Positions 6,946 through 16,874 of a DNA stretch of 64,000 nucleotides are shown here, in pieces. This DNA is from Fibrobacteria bacterium. GTDB lineage: Bacteria; Fibrobacterota; Fibrobacteria; UBA11236; JADFYW01. The stretch is from NCBI GenBank assembly GCA_050294405.1, contig JBNKOC010000021.1, forward strand, positions 1 through 64,000, in the 5' to 3' direction. The position numbers were made by a program, and so were the translations under genes. The stretch's first letter is position 1; each line of letters opens with the position of its first letter. Below the pieces are notes generated by a model that saw only the letters and a list, made by a program, of their open reading frames with translations, ran no database searches and was not told the DNA's origin.

Positions 6946-8166
6946 TCAAATAGACAGCTGCCCCAAGGGACTATGTATTTGCTTAATTTTTGCTGTGCTA
7001 ATATGTAAATAAATTTCAGTGGTTTTTAAACTGCTATGTCCTAAAAGTTTTTGTATGTGGCGAATATCCACTCCTTGCTCCAAAAGGTGGGTGGCAAATG
7101 AATGGCGGAGGCAATGTATCCCGCCTAATTTTGGCACCCCGCTTTTTTTGAGCGCCTGATTAAATACCTGGTCAATGGATTTATTGGAAAGCGGACGGTT
7201 ATTTTCTCTGCCCTCAAAAACATAATCTTCCGGCTTTTTATATTTGGTAAAGTTCCGTAGCTTTTTCGATAGGCCCTTATCCAGCATTATAGCCCTGTCT
7301 TTCCTACCTTTCCCCTCGCGCACCCACAATATGGATTCTCCATAATCCAAATCCGCGCATTTTAAAAAACGCAATTCCGATAAACGCAACCCGCAACCAT
7401 AGCAAGTCATTAACATCAACCTATGTTTTTCAAATTGAACTGCCGATAAAATTTTTTCTACTTGGATTTTGTTATAGGCTTTGGGAATTTTCTTCGGCTT
7501 TTTAAGCCGTGGCATATTTTCAATGACCATGTTTAATTGCAGCACATTTTTATAAAAATACCTAAGGCTGGCATGGGCCAAATTTACGCTGCTGACACTA
7601 AGTCCGCGATGGTTATAAAGATAAAGCAAATAATTTTCCACAATGCTTTTATCCTTTTTTCCGGGTGGACGTCCCAGTTTTTCCATATACTTTTTAAGAT
7701 GGTCTCCATAGTTTTCAATGGTACGCGGACTTTTATTTTCCAATTTAAGCCTGTTAATAAACATCTTAAAACACTTGTTCTGGATTGTGATAAAAGCGGT
7801 CTGTGGACTAGAACTCATTTGAAATAAATTTTTTTCAAGCTGGTTAAGCCATTCAACATGTTTAGGGGAGGCGCAAACGTATTTATAAAAATACCTTAAA
7901 GATTTTAAAGCCTGTTTGTTTTTTTCCTTAGGACTGTGATCCACGAATTTATCTAAACTATACTGAGGCGCTTGCATAGGATATTTTGCATAGCTATTTA
8001 AAAACTGAGAAATATTCCGTTCGATGATAACTCTGTGATTTTCTGCCAGATTATTCCTATGAAATGATGCCCTTAGCAAGTACAACCATTGTCCTTCACC
8101 ACTTTCTTCTACCACAAAAAAATTATGCGAAAACTGAAATTGTGAATTGCTAAATAAAACGGACAT
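6946..8166 (-). CDS. Tyrosine recombinase (integron-integrase-like, lacking IntI-specific insertion)
   Basis: Catalytic motifs YGCGLRLSE, GKGRKDR, HCLRHSFATHLLE, LLGH, TTEIY; C-terminal IHSPL; SAM-like N-domain KSPRTIENY. Confidence 0.92.
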   Translation of the reverse strand: MSVLFSNSQFQFSHNFFVVEESGEGQWLYLLRASFHRNNLAENHRVIIERNISQFLNSYAKYPMQAPQYSLDKFVDHSPKEKNKQALKSLRYFYKYVCASPKHVEWLNQLEKNLFQMSSSPQTAFITIQNKCFKMFINRLKLENKSPRTIENYGDHLKKYMEKLGRPPGKKDKSIVENYLLYLYNHRGLSVSSVNLAHASLRYFYKNVLQLNMVIENMPRLKKPKKIPKAYNKIQVEKILSAVQFEKHRLMLMTCYGCGLRLSELRFLKCADLDYGESILWVREGKGRKDRAIMLDKGLSKKLRNFTKYKKPEDYVFEGRENNRPLSNKSIDQVFNQALKKSGVPKLGGIHCLRHSFATHLLEQGVDIRHIQKLLGHSSLKTTEIYLHISTAKIKQIHSPLGQLSI

Positions 8167-8323
8167 TATTTTTTCTCCCTGATTCTTTTTTTAATACTAG
8201 AATTCAAAAAATCCATTGTTAGCTAGCCCGGGTAGTCCACAAATGGCTATAATCAAAGCAAAACCAAAAAACAAATGTTTAAGCTAGGCTCAAAAACTTT
8301 CGAAATTTCAACCATTCTGTTAA

Positions 8324-9067
8324 ATGAAGACCCCTGAGTTATTGAAATCAGCCGCGGTGAAATGGCCCATTTTGTATGGACTTGCCGAGCAATTCGGCCT
8401 TAAAAAAGACTACGAACTCAAGTGTTTCTTAAAGGAAATAACCAAAGGAATGGTGGTGTATGATATTGGTGCAAACGTGGGCAGGTTTAGCAAAATATTT
8501 TCCATGTTGACAGGCCCCACAGGCCATGTATATGCATTTGAACCCATTAAAATGAATTTCGAAATTTTGTCCAGGCTTAAATATCCTCATTTGCAGGTTT
8601 TCAACATTGGGCTTTGGCACGAAGCCGGGCAAAGCGAAATTTTTTATCCCTCATCAGATGGAGCCCAGGGAAGTTTAAAGGCCCAGCAATTCGGCAACTG
8701 GGAAAATGGCAACGCCATCGGAAAAGAATTGTGCCAATTGGAAAGCCTGGACCGTTTTACGGAAAAACATAGTTTACCTGGAGCGCAGTTCGTAAAGATT
8801 GATGCCGAGGGAGCCGAATTAAACATTTTAAAAGGGGCGTTAAATTTTTTAAGCCGTATACATCCCACATTATTTATTGAAGTTAATGAAAAAACCATGG
8901 AAAGCTTTGATTATGGGATAAAGGAAATTTGGATGTTATTAAATAACATAGGCTATAACCATTTTACCCTTGTTGGCAGAGACTATTTTTTAGCCTTAGA
9001 AAGCTTAACCGAGCTTCAAAATGCTCTGAAAAAGGATTTTTCTCCGAGTATTTTGTGCAAAAAATAA
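8324..9067 (+). CDS. FkbM family methyltransferase
   Basis: YDIGANVG, VYAFEP, VKIDAEGAE. Confidence 0.9.
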   Translation: MKTPELLKSAAVKWPILYGLAEQFGLKKDYELKCFLKEITKGMVVYDIGANVGRFSKIFSMLTGPTGHVYAFEPIKMNFEILSRLKYPHLQVFNIGLWHEAGQSEIFYPSSDGAQGSLKAQQFGNWENGNAIGKELCQLESLDRFTEKHSLPGAQFVKIDAEGAELNILKGALNFLSRIHPTLFIEVNEKTMESFDYGIKEIWMLLNNIGYNHFTLVGRDYFLALESLTELQNALKKDFSPSILCKK

Positions 9068-9683
9068 TTTGAGAAATTTGAACTTTGCACAAGATTGTAA
9101 GTAAATTGTTAACAAAAAATTTGGGCGTTCCCGTAAAGCTCGGAACAAGGCCAGAAAAAATAAGCGTCCTACAGCTAGTTAGCCCTAAAAACAAAATTTC
9201 ACTATCCTGAAAAAAATCGGCCTTTTTACTTAAAAAAGGGGAATTTTAAGAAAAAAAGTTGCGGCTTCGCCATTGATAGTCCCATTTTTTTTTGGACTAA
9301 CAGAGGGAACGAGTATAAAACAAAATATAAGAAAAATGTGAGTAATCGAAGCGTTAAAAATCGGGGAAATCTGTCAAAAAAACAAAGCTTAAATTGGGTG
9401 AAACATAAATTGCAATCCTATTTTTTTAGGGTATTTTGTTTTTTCCAAAAAATTGAAATCTATACATAATAAATTATTGGGAATCGAAAATACCTCATGC
9501 ATACATTGAAGCTTACTTTTAATTTGACTGTTTTAACAAAAAGGCAATCTAATTGTCTATGGCAGTAAACATACTATGTTCTGGCCTTCACAAAACTTGG
9601 CAACTTTGTGGACCCACAACATAGACTTTAAGAGTTTACTTAGGGCGAAATACTGGGAATAGAGGCGACTAATAAACGCAAAA

Positions 9684-9714
9684 AAAATGCCCGGGAAAAA
9701 CTCCCAGGCATTTT
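9684..9714 (-). terminator. Intrinsic terminator after tpx
   Basis: aaaatgcccggga / tcccaggcatttt stem with U-run on minus strand. Confidence 0.7.
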
Positions 9715-9731
9715 AAACAAGGAAATAAAAA

Positions 9732-10238
9732 TTACCCAGCTACAGGAATTGCTCCAATAGCAGCTTCATAGTTAGGTTCAGTTGTAATTTCTGGAACCAG
9801 TTCAGTGTATACCACTTTTCCTTCTTCGTCTAAAACTACGATGGAACGGGCGCAAACACCTTTTAAAGGACCATCGATAATTTCCACGCCATAATCTTTT
9901 GAAAAACTGCCGCGAAAATCGGAAACAGTAATAACATCATTCAAACCTTCTGCACCGCAAAAACGGCCTAAGGCAAAAGGAAGGTCTTTTGAAACACAAA
10001 CAACTTTGGTATTGTCCAGTTTGCTAACTTCTTCGTTAAAACGACGAGTAGATGCCTGGCATACGCCTGTGTCAATGGAAGGGAAAATGTTCAAAATAAC
10101 CTTGCTGCCTTTTAAATCGGAAAGGCTAAGCTCGGACAAATCAGTTTTAACAGCAGTAAAAGCAGGCGCAGCTGAGCCAGTTGCTGGCAATTCGCCACAA
10201 GTGTTGGTATCGCCACCTTTTAATTTAGTGAGTGCCAT
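9732..10238 (-). CDS. tpx: Thiol peroxidase
   Basis: [27 protein letters not shown] motifs. Confidence 0.95.
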   Translation of the reverse strand: MALTKLKGGDTNTCGELPATGSAAPAFTAVKTDLSELSLSDLKGSKVILNIFPSIDTGVCQASTRRFNEEVSKLDNTKVVCVSKDLPFALGRFCGAEGLNDVITVSDFRGSFSKDYGVEIIDGPLKGVCARSIVVLDEEGKVVYTELVPEITTEPNYEAAIGAIPVAG

Positions 10239-10378
10239 GAAAGTTCTCCTTTAAAGTTTTGAAAGCCTATAAAGTACATAATCCTGCAAAGTTGCGGCTA
10301 ATTTTTGGAATTCATTACCCGTTTTTGGTTGGTTGGCGGGGTTTCACAATAAAGCTATTGGGCAGTTGCCCAAGGCCC

Positions 10379-11488
10379 CTATTCAAAAAGTTTAGCGTAT
10401 TCCCCATAACCCTCTTTTTCGAGATCTTTTTTGGGGATAAAGCGCAACGCTGCGGAATTGATACAGTAGCGAAGTCCGGTGGGTTTGGGGCCATCGTCAA
10501 ATACATGACCCAGATGGGAATCCCCATAACGGCTGCGGACTTCCACCCGGACCATATTGTAAGTCAAATCTTTTTTTTCAATAACATTTTCCGCAACCAG
10601 TGGCTTGGTAAAACTTGGCCAGCCGGTGCCTGACTTAAATTTATGGCTGGAACTGAAAAGGGGTTCTCCAGAAACAATATCCACGTAGATTCCCTTTTCT
10701 TTATGGTTCCAATATTCGTTTCGAAAGGGGCGCTCTGTGCCATTTTTTTGGGTGACCTCAAATTGTATAGGGCTTAGTTTTTTACGAATCTGCTCCAATG
10801 GTGGTTTTTTATAGGTCTTTTTTCCCTCTGAGGTTTTCATGGATTTTTTTTCACTGGGAATTTGGGAATTCTTTTCTTTTCCCCAATGGCGTTCAATAAA
10901 ACCGGCCCTTCCGGAGCCTACTTTATAGCGGTTGTAATGTGCCGGATTTTTTTTGTAGTAATCCTGATGGTACTCTTCCGCAGGATAAAATGCAGGGGCT
11001 GGAATAATTTTAACTGCGATTTTTTTCTCAAAGCGTCCTGATTTTTGAAGTTCGGCACGGCTTTTTTCCGCCAGTTTTTTTTCTTCGCCATTGCTGTAGT
11101 AAATGTATGGGACATATTGGGAACCCCTATCTGCAAATTGCCCTTTGCCATCTGTGGGATCTATTTGCATCCAGTAAACTTCCAATAGTTTATTGTAGCT
11201 CACAAGTTTGGGATTGTATTCCACTTCCACAACTTCCACATGGCCGCTTTTTCCCGAACTGACTTCTTTATAACTGGGATTCGGCTTTTTCCCCCCGGCA
11301 TAGCCCGAGGTCACAGATAAAACCCCTGGCACTTTTTCAAATGGGCCTTCCATACACCAAAAGCAGCCACCGGCAAAAAGGGCCTTTTTAGAAACCGCTT
11401 CGCCATTTGCTATTGGCAAAATCAATAGCAGCATAAACAATGCTAAAGTTATCCGAGTCATGTTTTTCATTGCTAAACTCCGGTTCAT
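10379..11488 (-). CDS. msrAB: Bifunctional peptide methionine sulfoxide reductase MsrA/MsrB with signal peptide
   Basis: [14 protein letters not shown] (MsrA); GTGWPSF, HLGHVF, RYCINS (MsrB). Confidence 0.95.
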   Translation of the reverse strand: MNRSLAMKNMTRITLALFMLLLILPIANGEAVSKKALFAGGCFWCMEGPFEKVPGVLSVTSGYAGGKKPNPSYKEVSSGKSGHVEVVEVEYNPKLVSYNKLLEVYWMQIDPTDGKGQFADRGSQYVPYIYYSNGEEKKLAEKSRAELQKSGRFEKKIAVKIIPAPAFYPAEEYHQDYYKKNPAHYNRYKVGSGRAGFIERHWGKEKNSQIPSEKKSMKTSEGKKTYKKPPLEQIRKKLSPIQFEVTQKNGTERPFRNEYWNHKEKGIYVDIVSGEPLFSSSHKFKSGTGWPSFTKPLVAENVIEKKDLTYNMVRVEVRSRYGDSHLGHVFDDGPKPTGLRYCINSAALRFIPKKDLEKEGYGEYAKLFE

Positions 11489-11489
11489 G

Positions 11490-11858
11490 TTACGCAGCTT
11501 TGCTTTCTTCCAAGTGTTCCCGGATTAAGTCCTCGATTTTTTCACGGCGGATATCTCCATGGCTTGCATTCCAGATACATTGCCCGCCTTTTAATAAAAG
11601 CAATTGAGGAGACTCATGTTCCACAGAAGTAAGCTCCGCTAACTTCAAGGAGGCCGGCCGATTGGCCACAACATCTACCCAGGAAAAAGCAAAGGAATTG
11701 GGAAGACTTTCCAAAAGGCTTTCTACCTCGTACTTAGCGAACAGGGATACGCTACAGCGGTTGCTATGTTTGTATACCAATACCGGCATCGACTTTGATT
11801 TGTCCAAGCAAGGCTGGATGTCCGATTCTCGTTCAATTTGTGAATTCCAATAACTCAT
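11490..11858 (-). CDS. ytxJ: YtxJ/DUF2847 thioredoxin-like protein
   Basis: [21 protein letters not shown] motifs. Confidence 0.85.
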   Translation of the reverse strand: MSYWNSQIERESDIQPCLDKSKSMPVLVYKHSNRCSVSLFAKYEVESLLESLPNSFAFSWVDVVANRPASLKLAELTSVEHESPQLLLLKGGQCIWNASHGDIRREKIEDLIREHLEESKAA

Positions 11859-11958
11859 AACTATTCTAAGCTCCCGATTTTTTAGTGCAGTTGTTTAAGG
11901 TGTGTACGGAACACAATAACAAAGTTACAATGATTTTATATTTTTTTTAAAATGGCCT

Positions 11959-12501
11959 CTAATTCCAAAGCAGGGGGAATTCCTCAGCTAGCGAATATCG
12001 GGAACCCGAAGAATTCAACTGGCTGTGCATCAGGCAAAATTTTTCCACTTTAAAGGGCGGAAGCCCCAGAGGTAGATTCTGAGTATAATAGGCAACCAAA
12101 TCTTCTGCCTGAACCCCTTTTAAGCGAGCCAGGGTCAAATGGGGATGAAAGCGCCGAGAGTCTGCAGAGAGGCCTAATTTGCGGCAAACGGAAAATTCCA
12201 GCATTTTTTGTAAATCGAGTAATTCAGTACTGGAATCCACCCCAGCCCACAAACTTGTGGGTTGCTTTTTATGAGGAAAATGCCCCAGATCCATAAGTTT
12301 CAGGGAAAATTGAGGAAAAGAAATGTTTTTCGCGTATTGTACCAGGGTTTTTAAACCCACTGGCTCCAGTTTTTCAATAAATCTGAGAGTTATATGGAGC
12401 TTATCCATTTCCTGCCATTTAGCTCCTTCAATTCCAAAACTAAGGCGGTAAAGACTCTTTAAAATGTTTTCGGGGGGAATGATGGCAAAAAAGTATCTCA
12501 T
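11959..12501 (-). CDS. thpR: RNA 2',3'-cyclic phosphodiesterase (2H family)
   Basis: Two HxT motifs: LHITLRF and FHPHLTLAR. Confidence 0.9.
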   Translation of the reverse strand: MRYFFAIIPPENILKSLYRLSFGIEGAKWQEMDKLHITLRFIEKLEPVGLKTLVQYAKNISFPQFSLKLMDLGHFPHKKQPTSLWAGVDSSTELLDLQKMLEFSVCRKLGLSADSRRFHPHLTLARLKGVQAEDLVAYYTQNLPLGLPPFKVEKFCLMHSQLNSSGSRYSLAEEFPLLWN

Positions 12502-12638
12502 TTCAGAAAAACAACCAACCAGGTTAAATTCTTACAGGAAGATAAAAAAAACCGGGCCCCTTGGGATAAGAGGTCTGTTAAAAATTGTGCAGCTTTAAGC
12601 TTATTTTTTTTCGATTTTACATAAATTGTATTTAGGAA

Positions 12639-13082
12639 GTGACTATGGATTTTAAAAAAGACGGAGCCTCGCCAGAAGAAAATCCCAAATCGGATTTGGC
12701 TGGGCCGCTGGAAGAATACAACCAAAAGTTTTTGCAGCTAGTAGAAAGTTTAGGGGCTTTTAGCCAATCCCAGGAATTTAAAAACATAAAGGGAGAGGGT
12801 TCCAGTGCGGGCGCAGATTTGTTGGCAGAACTGGCGGATTTTCTGGTAAAGCGTTTGAAGGCGGAGCTTCCCCCCGAGGAACTTTTAAAATTTATTGAAT
12901 TGATGGATAAAATTTATTTGCAGTGCAGTTTAAAAGGCCAGGTAAATGAAAACCTCATGCAGTTTTTGCAGGAAAATGGCAGTCTATTTTCTCACAAAGC
13001 AACTCCTCAAATGGATTCAAGCACTAAAAAGGAATTGGAAAGCTGGTTTAAAAAACACCAACATGACTTATTTGATTCATAA
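12639..13082 (+). CDS. Hypothetical protein
   Basis: 147-aa helical ORF, no recognised motif. Confidence 0.55.
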   Translation: MTMDFKKDGASPEENPKSDLAGPLEEYNQKFLQLVESLGAFSQSQEFKNIKGEGSSAGADLLAELADFLVKRLKAELPPEELLKFIELMDKIYLQCSLKGQVNENLMQFLQENGSLFSHKATPQMDSSTKKELESWFKKHQHDLFDS

Positions 13083-13839
13083 ACATAAATTTTTCCTTAA
13101 AACTGGATTCTGGCTGCGGATGTTACATACTCTGTTGGCAGCATTTATATTAGGAGCCTGCGCCCAGCGTTCATACCACTGGGAATACCAATCCGAACTA
13201 TACCCCAGCGGAATGGTGAAATCCGAATCCCTGCTGCGTTCCGATGGCTTAAAAGATGGCCGCCATGTTAGTTATTACGAAAACGGGATTATCCAGCGGA
13301 TGGTGCAGTACTCAGAAGGCGCTCCCAACGGAATGGATGTATGGTTTTTTAAAAACGGAAAGGTTTTTAAAATTTCCAGCTACAGCAACGGGGAGCAAAA
13401 CGGCCCGCAACTGGAATATTACAATAGCGGCTTGTTACATCGCAAAAGCAATTACAAAACTGGCCAACTGGACGGGAAATATTTTCGCTATTATAAAAAC
13501 GGAAATATTGAATATGTGGGTTATTACCACGACGGCAAACCCTCTGGAGAGCATTTAGTTTTTAACGAAGATGGCAGTTATAAAAGCGGCCACCACCAGT
13601 CTTTTTACGCCACTGGAGAATTGCAATTTGAAGGCAACGTGGTTCAGGGAAGGCCTAATGGTAAATATATCTTTTATTGGAAAAACGGACGAAAATCTCT
13701 TGAAGTAGAATTCAAGCATGGCAAGCTCCACGGAGATTACAAATTTTTTGATGAAAATGAGGATTTGGAGCCCTATCAATGGGTGTTTCGCTATGGAGAC
13801 TTTATTCGGAAGGAACCCGTTCCGGCCCTTCAGAATTAA
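13063..13839 (+). CDS. MORN-variant repeat (YwqK-like) lipoprotein
   Basis: Repeated YYENG/YYNSG/YYKNG...G..dG units; lipobox LGAC; start uncertain (13063 or 13120). Confidence 0.8.
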   Translation: MTYLIHKHKFFLKTGFWLRMLHTLLAAFILGACAQRSYHWEYQSELYPSGMVKSESLLRSDGLKDGRHVSYYENGIIQRMVQYSEGAPNGMDVWFFKNGKVFKISSYSNGEQNGPQLEYYNSGLLHRKSNYKTGQLDGKYFRYYKNGNIEYVGYYHDGKPSGEHLVFNEDGSYKSGHHQSFYATGELQFEGNVVQGRPNGKYIFYWKNGRKSLEVEFKHGKLHGDYKFFDENEDLEPYQWVFRYGDFIRKEPVPALQN

Positions 13840-13878
13840 TAGACAACTGGACATATACATTCAATTCAGGATTTTAAA

Positions 13879-14352
13879 ATGAAAAAAATACTAACCTTCT
13901 TGTTTATTTTACTGCTCAACCTGGGACAGAGCTTTGCGGAAGATATGTTTCTGGGGTTTGATTTTTTAACCCGAAGCCTGGATGGGCGCTATGCTTTCTC
14001 GGACATGATTTACGGAGGCATTAAATGGCAACCGGGAATGTATGCAGGGGAAGGCGGAGATATTAACATGGATTTAGAAGGCTTTGCCCGTTTCAACCTT
14101 TTTTCGCCTGCGGAAGGGCTTGCCATTGGCCCCGAAGGCGGTCTCAGGCTAATCGACAACTCTGAATTTGACAGAGCTTTTTTATACGGAACTTTTGCGG
14201 TGGATGGCGCATTTAATATTGGGGGCCCGGTTTATTTATACGGACACCTGCCCTTCGCGAGCCTGGAAATCCACTTCCAGGGGGACAACAACTTCAAATT
14301 TTTTGTGCTAGGCGCCCACCCAGTGGAATTGGGCTTAATGATGGGCTTTTAG
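13879..14352 (+). CDS. Hypothetical exported protein (small beta-barrel-like)
   Basis: Signal peptide MKKILTFLF...SFA; C-terminal Phe. Confidence 0.7.
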   Translation: MKKILTFLFILLLNLGQSFAEDMFLGFDFLTRSLDGRYAFSDMIYGGIKWQPGMYAGEGGDINMDLEGFARFNLFSPAEGLAIGPEGGLRLIDNSEFDRAFLYGTFAVDGAFNIGGPVYLYGHLPFASLEIHFQGDNNFKFFVLGAHPVELGLMMGF

Positions 14353-16229
14353 CTTTGCAGGCTTGCCTCAGTTTCAGGCTCTACCCAGCGGCCATGGGTT
14401 TTTATAAGTTCTATTAACTCCTCAGCGGCTTTATCTTCGGGAACAGCCCGTTTCACGCAGTCCCGGCCCACATAAAGGTTGACTTTACCCGGGGCTCCAC
14501 CTACATAACCAAAGTCCGCATCGGCCATTTCCCCTGGGCCATTTACGATACACCCCATAATTGCAATAGATACATCGGCTAAATGGGATGTGACTTTGCG
14601 GATTTTTTCCGTGGTTGTTTCCAAATCAAACAGGGTTCGACCGCAACTGGGGCAAGATACATACTCAGTTTTGGAGCGACGCATGGAGGCTGCCTGCAAT
14701 ACATCGTAACCGAAATCCACAGCCTGAGCAGGTTCAAACCCGCTCAGATGAAGCGCCTGTCCGATACCATCACAAAACAAAGAAGAGGCCTCGGCGCAAA
14801 TTTTTAGCCTTTGGCCCTCACTTCCGTTTCCATAAAATCGAAGGGCAATAGGATGGTACAGTTTATTTTGGGACAACCACGCTGCCAGGTAACGGTAAGC
14901 CGCAACCCCCGCAACAGTTTCTCCCAAAGACCACAAATATCGGCTTTTGGATGTTATCAGTTTTCTCAAAAATTCCAGATGTTGCAAGTCTTCCACGATG
15001 ATTTCCAAATTTCCCTCGGGAAGTTTGGAGGCTTTCATCCACTCGGAACTGGACACGCCGCGTCCTCCGGCAAAGTCGCAATGGCCAATTCCCTGGAAGA
15101 GCACTGGCAAGCCCGGATCTTTTTCCAAATCATAAGAAGTGGCCCATTCCAAAGGGCGTTTGCCATTTGGAATCACATCGTCCGATTTTAATATGGTGCC
15201 CACCGCTATTTTTTGGCCGGGTCCGAATTTTAGACCGCCCAAATTAAAGCTCGCAAAGTTTTTATCTTCCTCCGGGAGAATTTCGCCGTAAAATGATACT
15301 TTCTCTCCAATTTCTGAAACAGCGGATGTTATATGGGGGATACTTTCCAGGGAACATACATCGCGCAGCATTTTAGCCACAGGTATTTCCGCTTCTGGGG
15401 CTTCCGTAAGTGAAACCCGAATAGTATCTCCCAGACCATCTAAAAGCAAAGCTCCAATACCGGCTGCCGATTTTAAGCGGCCATCTTCCCCATCCCCGGC
15501 CTCCGTAACTCCCAGATGAAAGGGATAGGGCTTGTGCTCCGCGTCCAGGCGAGCCGCTAATAAGCGGTAAGCTTGTATCACAACTTTGGGATTGGAGGAT
15601 TTCATGGAAAAAACCATTTGGTGGAAATTTTCGGCTTCACACACTCTGGCAAATTCCAGGGCGGACTCCACCATTCCTTCCACCGTATCTCCATAGCGAA
15701 AAAGAATTCTATCGGAAAGGGAGCCGTGGTTTGTGCCGATTCTCAAGGCCACTCCATTTTTTTGGGCTTCCCGCACCAGCGGGCCAAAAGTTTCAAAAAC
15801 TTTTTGCAGGCCTTTTTCAAACTCTTTGTCATTGTATTCTTTAATGGCAGCGGTTTTTGTGTCTACAAAATTCCCCGGATTCACCCTTACTTTTTCCACC
15901 CATTTAACCGCCTCAAAAGCGGCCTTGGGCTGGAAATGTATATCGGCACAAAAGGGAACCTGAATACCTTCTTCCCTCACCTTTTTAACAATTTCCTTTA
16001 AGCAGGCGGCATCCTGAGCAGTGGGAGCTGTAATTCGCACCAGTTCACAACCAGCCCTTGCCAAAGACAAGCTTTGCTTAACGGTGGCTTCAATATCGCG
16101 GGTGTTGGTATTGGTCATGGATTGGATGGCGATTGGATTTTTTCCGCCAATGAGCAAATCCCCAATTTTAACTTCCAGGCTCTTTCTGCGTGAGGCCAGA
16201 AAACGGTTTTTCATATAAGGCAATTTCAT
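14349..16229 (-). CDS. ispG: (E)-4-hydroxy-3-methylbut-2-enyl-diphosphate synthase, long form
   Basis: IQSMTNT, ADIHF, RIGTNHGSLS, HLGVTEAG, SCPSCGRT, MGCIVNGPGE; central insert; start uncertain (16229-16265). Confidence 0.95.
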   Translation of the reverse strand: MKLPYMKNRFLASRRKSLEVKIGDLLIGGKNPIAIQSMTNTNTRDIEATVKQSLSLARAGCELVRITAPTAQDAACLKEIVKKVREEGIQVPFCADIHFQPKAAFEAVKWVEKVRVNPGNFVDTKTAAIKEYNDKEFEKGLQKVFETFGPLVREAQKNGVALRIGTNHGSLSDRILFRYGDTVEGMVESALEFARVCEAENFHQMVFSMKSSNPKVVIQAYRLLAARLDAEHKPYPFHLGVTEAGDGEDGRLKSAAGIGALLLDGLGDTIRVSLTEAPEAEIPVAKMLRDVCSLESIPHITSAVSEIGEKVSFYGEILPEEDKNFASFNLGGLKFGPGQKIAVGTILKSDDVIPNGKRPLEWATSYDLEKDPGLPVLFQGIGHCDFAGGRGVSSSEWMKASKLPEGNLEIIVEDLQHLEFLRKLITSKSRYLWSLGETVAGVAAYRYLAAWLSQNKLYHPIALRFYGNGSEGQRLKICAEASSLFCDGIGQALHLSGFEPAQAVDFGYDVLQAASMRRSKTEYVSCPSCGRTLFDLETTTEKIRKVTSHLADVSIAIMGCIVNGPGEMADADFGYVGGAPGKVNLYVGRDCVKRAVPEDKAAEELIELIKTHGRWVEPETEASLQS

Positions 16230-16370
16230 AGCATTTTCCATAGAGCTAAATATATAATTCCCCACTGTTTTCCTCTAGGATCGCCTAATATAAGTCATTT
16301 TGGACATTTTTAGAGTTATGAGAAAATGGTTTTGGGTGCAACCGATGATTTTTAAATCCGTAAACCTTTG

Positions 16371-16707
16371 TCCAAAGCACCCTTTCTCAAAAATCAGATG
16401 GTAATTAAAAAACCAAACTTGAACCCTACCCATCAATGTTTTTTCAAATGGGTGTTTTGGTAGCGTGACTGATGATTGGGGTTTAAAATGCAAAACTATT
16501 TGGCCGAAGTCTTCAAAAGCACCTAGCTGTTCAACATTAACCTTTCCGAATTCAGATTATTAAGGCAAGTCATAATGCTAGTCTAATTCAAAAGCAGTGA
16601 ATTCTAGAATTCGATAATCAGGACGGGAGAAAACATTTAACGAAGGGCATTTGAGCTGATATACTTACATCCACCTCCTTTAAAAGCTCAACCAGCCCTG
16701 AGATAAA
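16371..16707. repeat. Structured intergenic repeat, copy 1
   Basis: Direct repeat of 18807-19193; 57-bp identical core at 16618-16674. Confidence 0.85.
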
Positions 16708-16790
16708 TCCAAAGCACCCATTTTCAAAAATCAGATGGAAATCGGGAGCTCAAATTTAAACCATTTCCATCAAAGTTTTTTTCATTTATG
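16708..16790. repeat. Partial diverged tandem copy of the same repeat
   Basis: tccaaagcaccc.tt.tcaaaaatcagatgg restarts immediately after copy 1. Confidence 0.7.
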
Positions 16791-16874
16791 GTCAAAATTA
16801 GCTTGAGTACTAACTTTTCACCCCTTTCCAAGCTTAAAATATTATAATTTTTGATATTCCCTTACGGACGTTCC

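Noticed and set aside
6946..8166. Housekeeping XerC/XerD call
   Set aside because: Long N-terminal extension, IntI-like SPL tail and cassette-array context argue against it; no gene symbol assigned
9068..9683. Long AT-rich intergenic region as oriC or ncRNA
   Set aside because: No DnaA-box cluster or convincing structure seen
10259..10633. 124-aa plus-strand ORF and similar antisense ORFs over ispG, gatA, htrA, argG and the MCP
   Set aside because: Shadow frames of well-supported genes on the opposite strand
13063..13839. YwqK-type antitoxin implying a toxin system
   Set aside because: MORN-variant repeats are generic; it has a lipoprotein signal and no adjacent toxin
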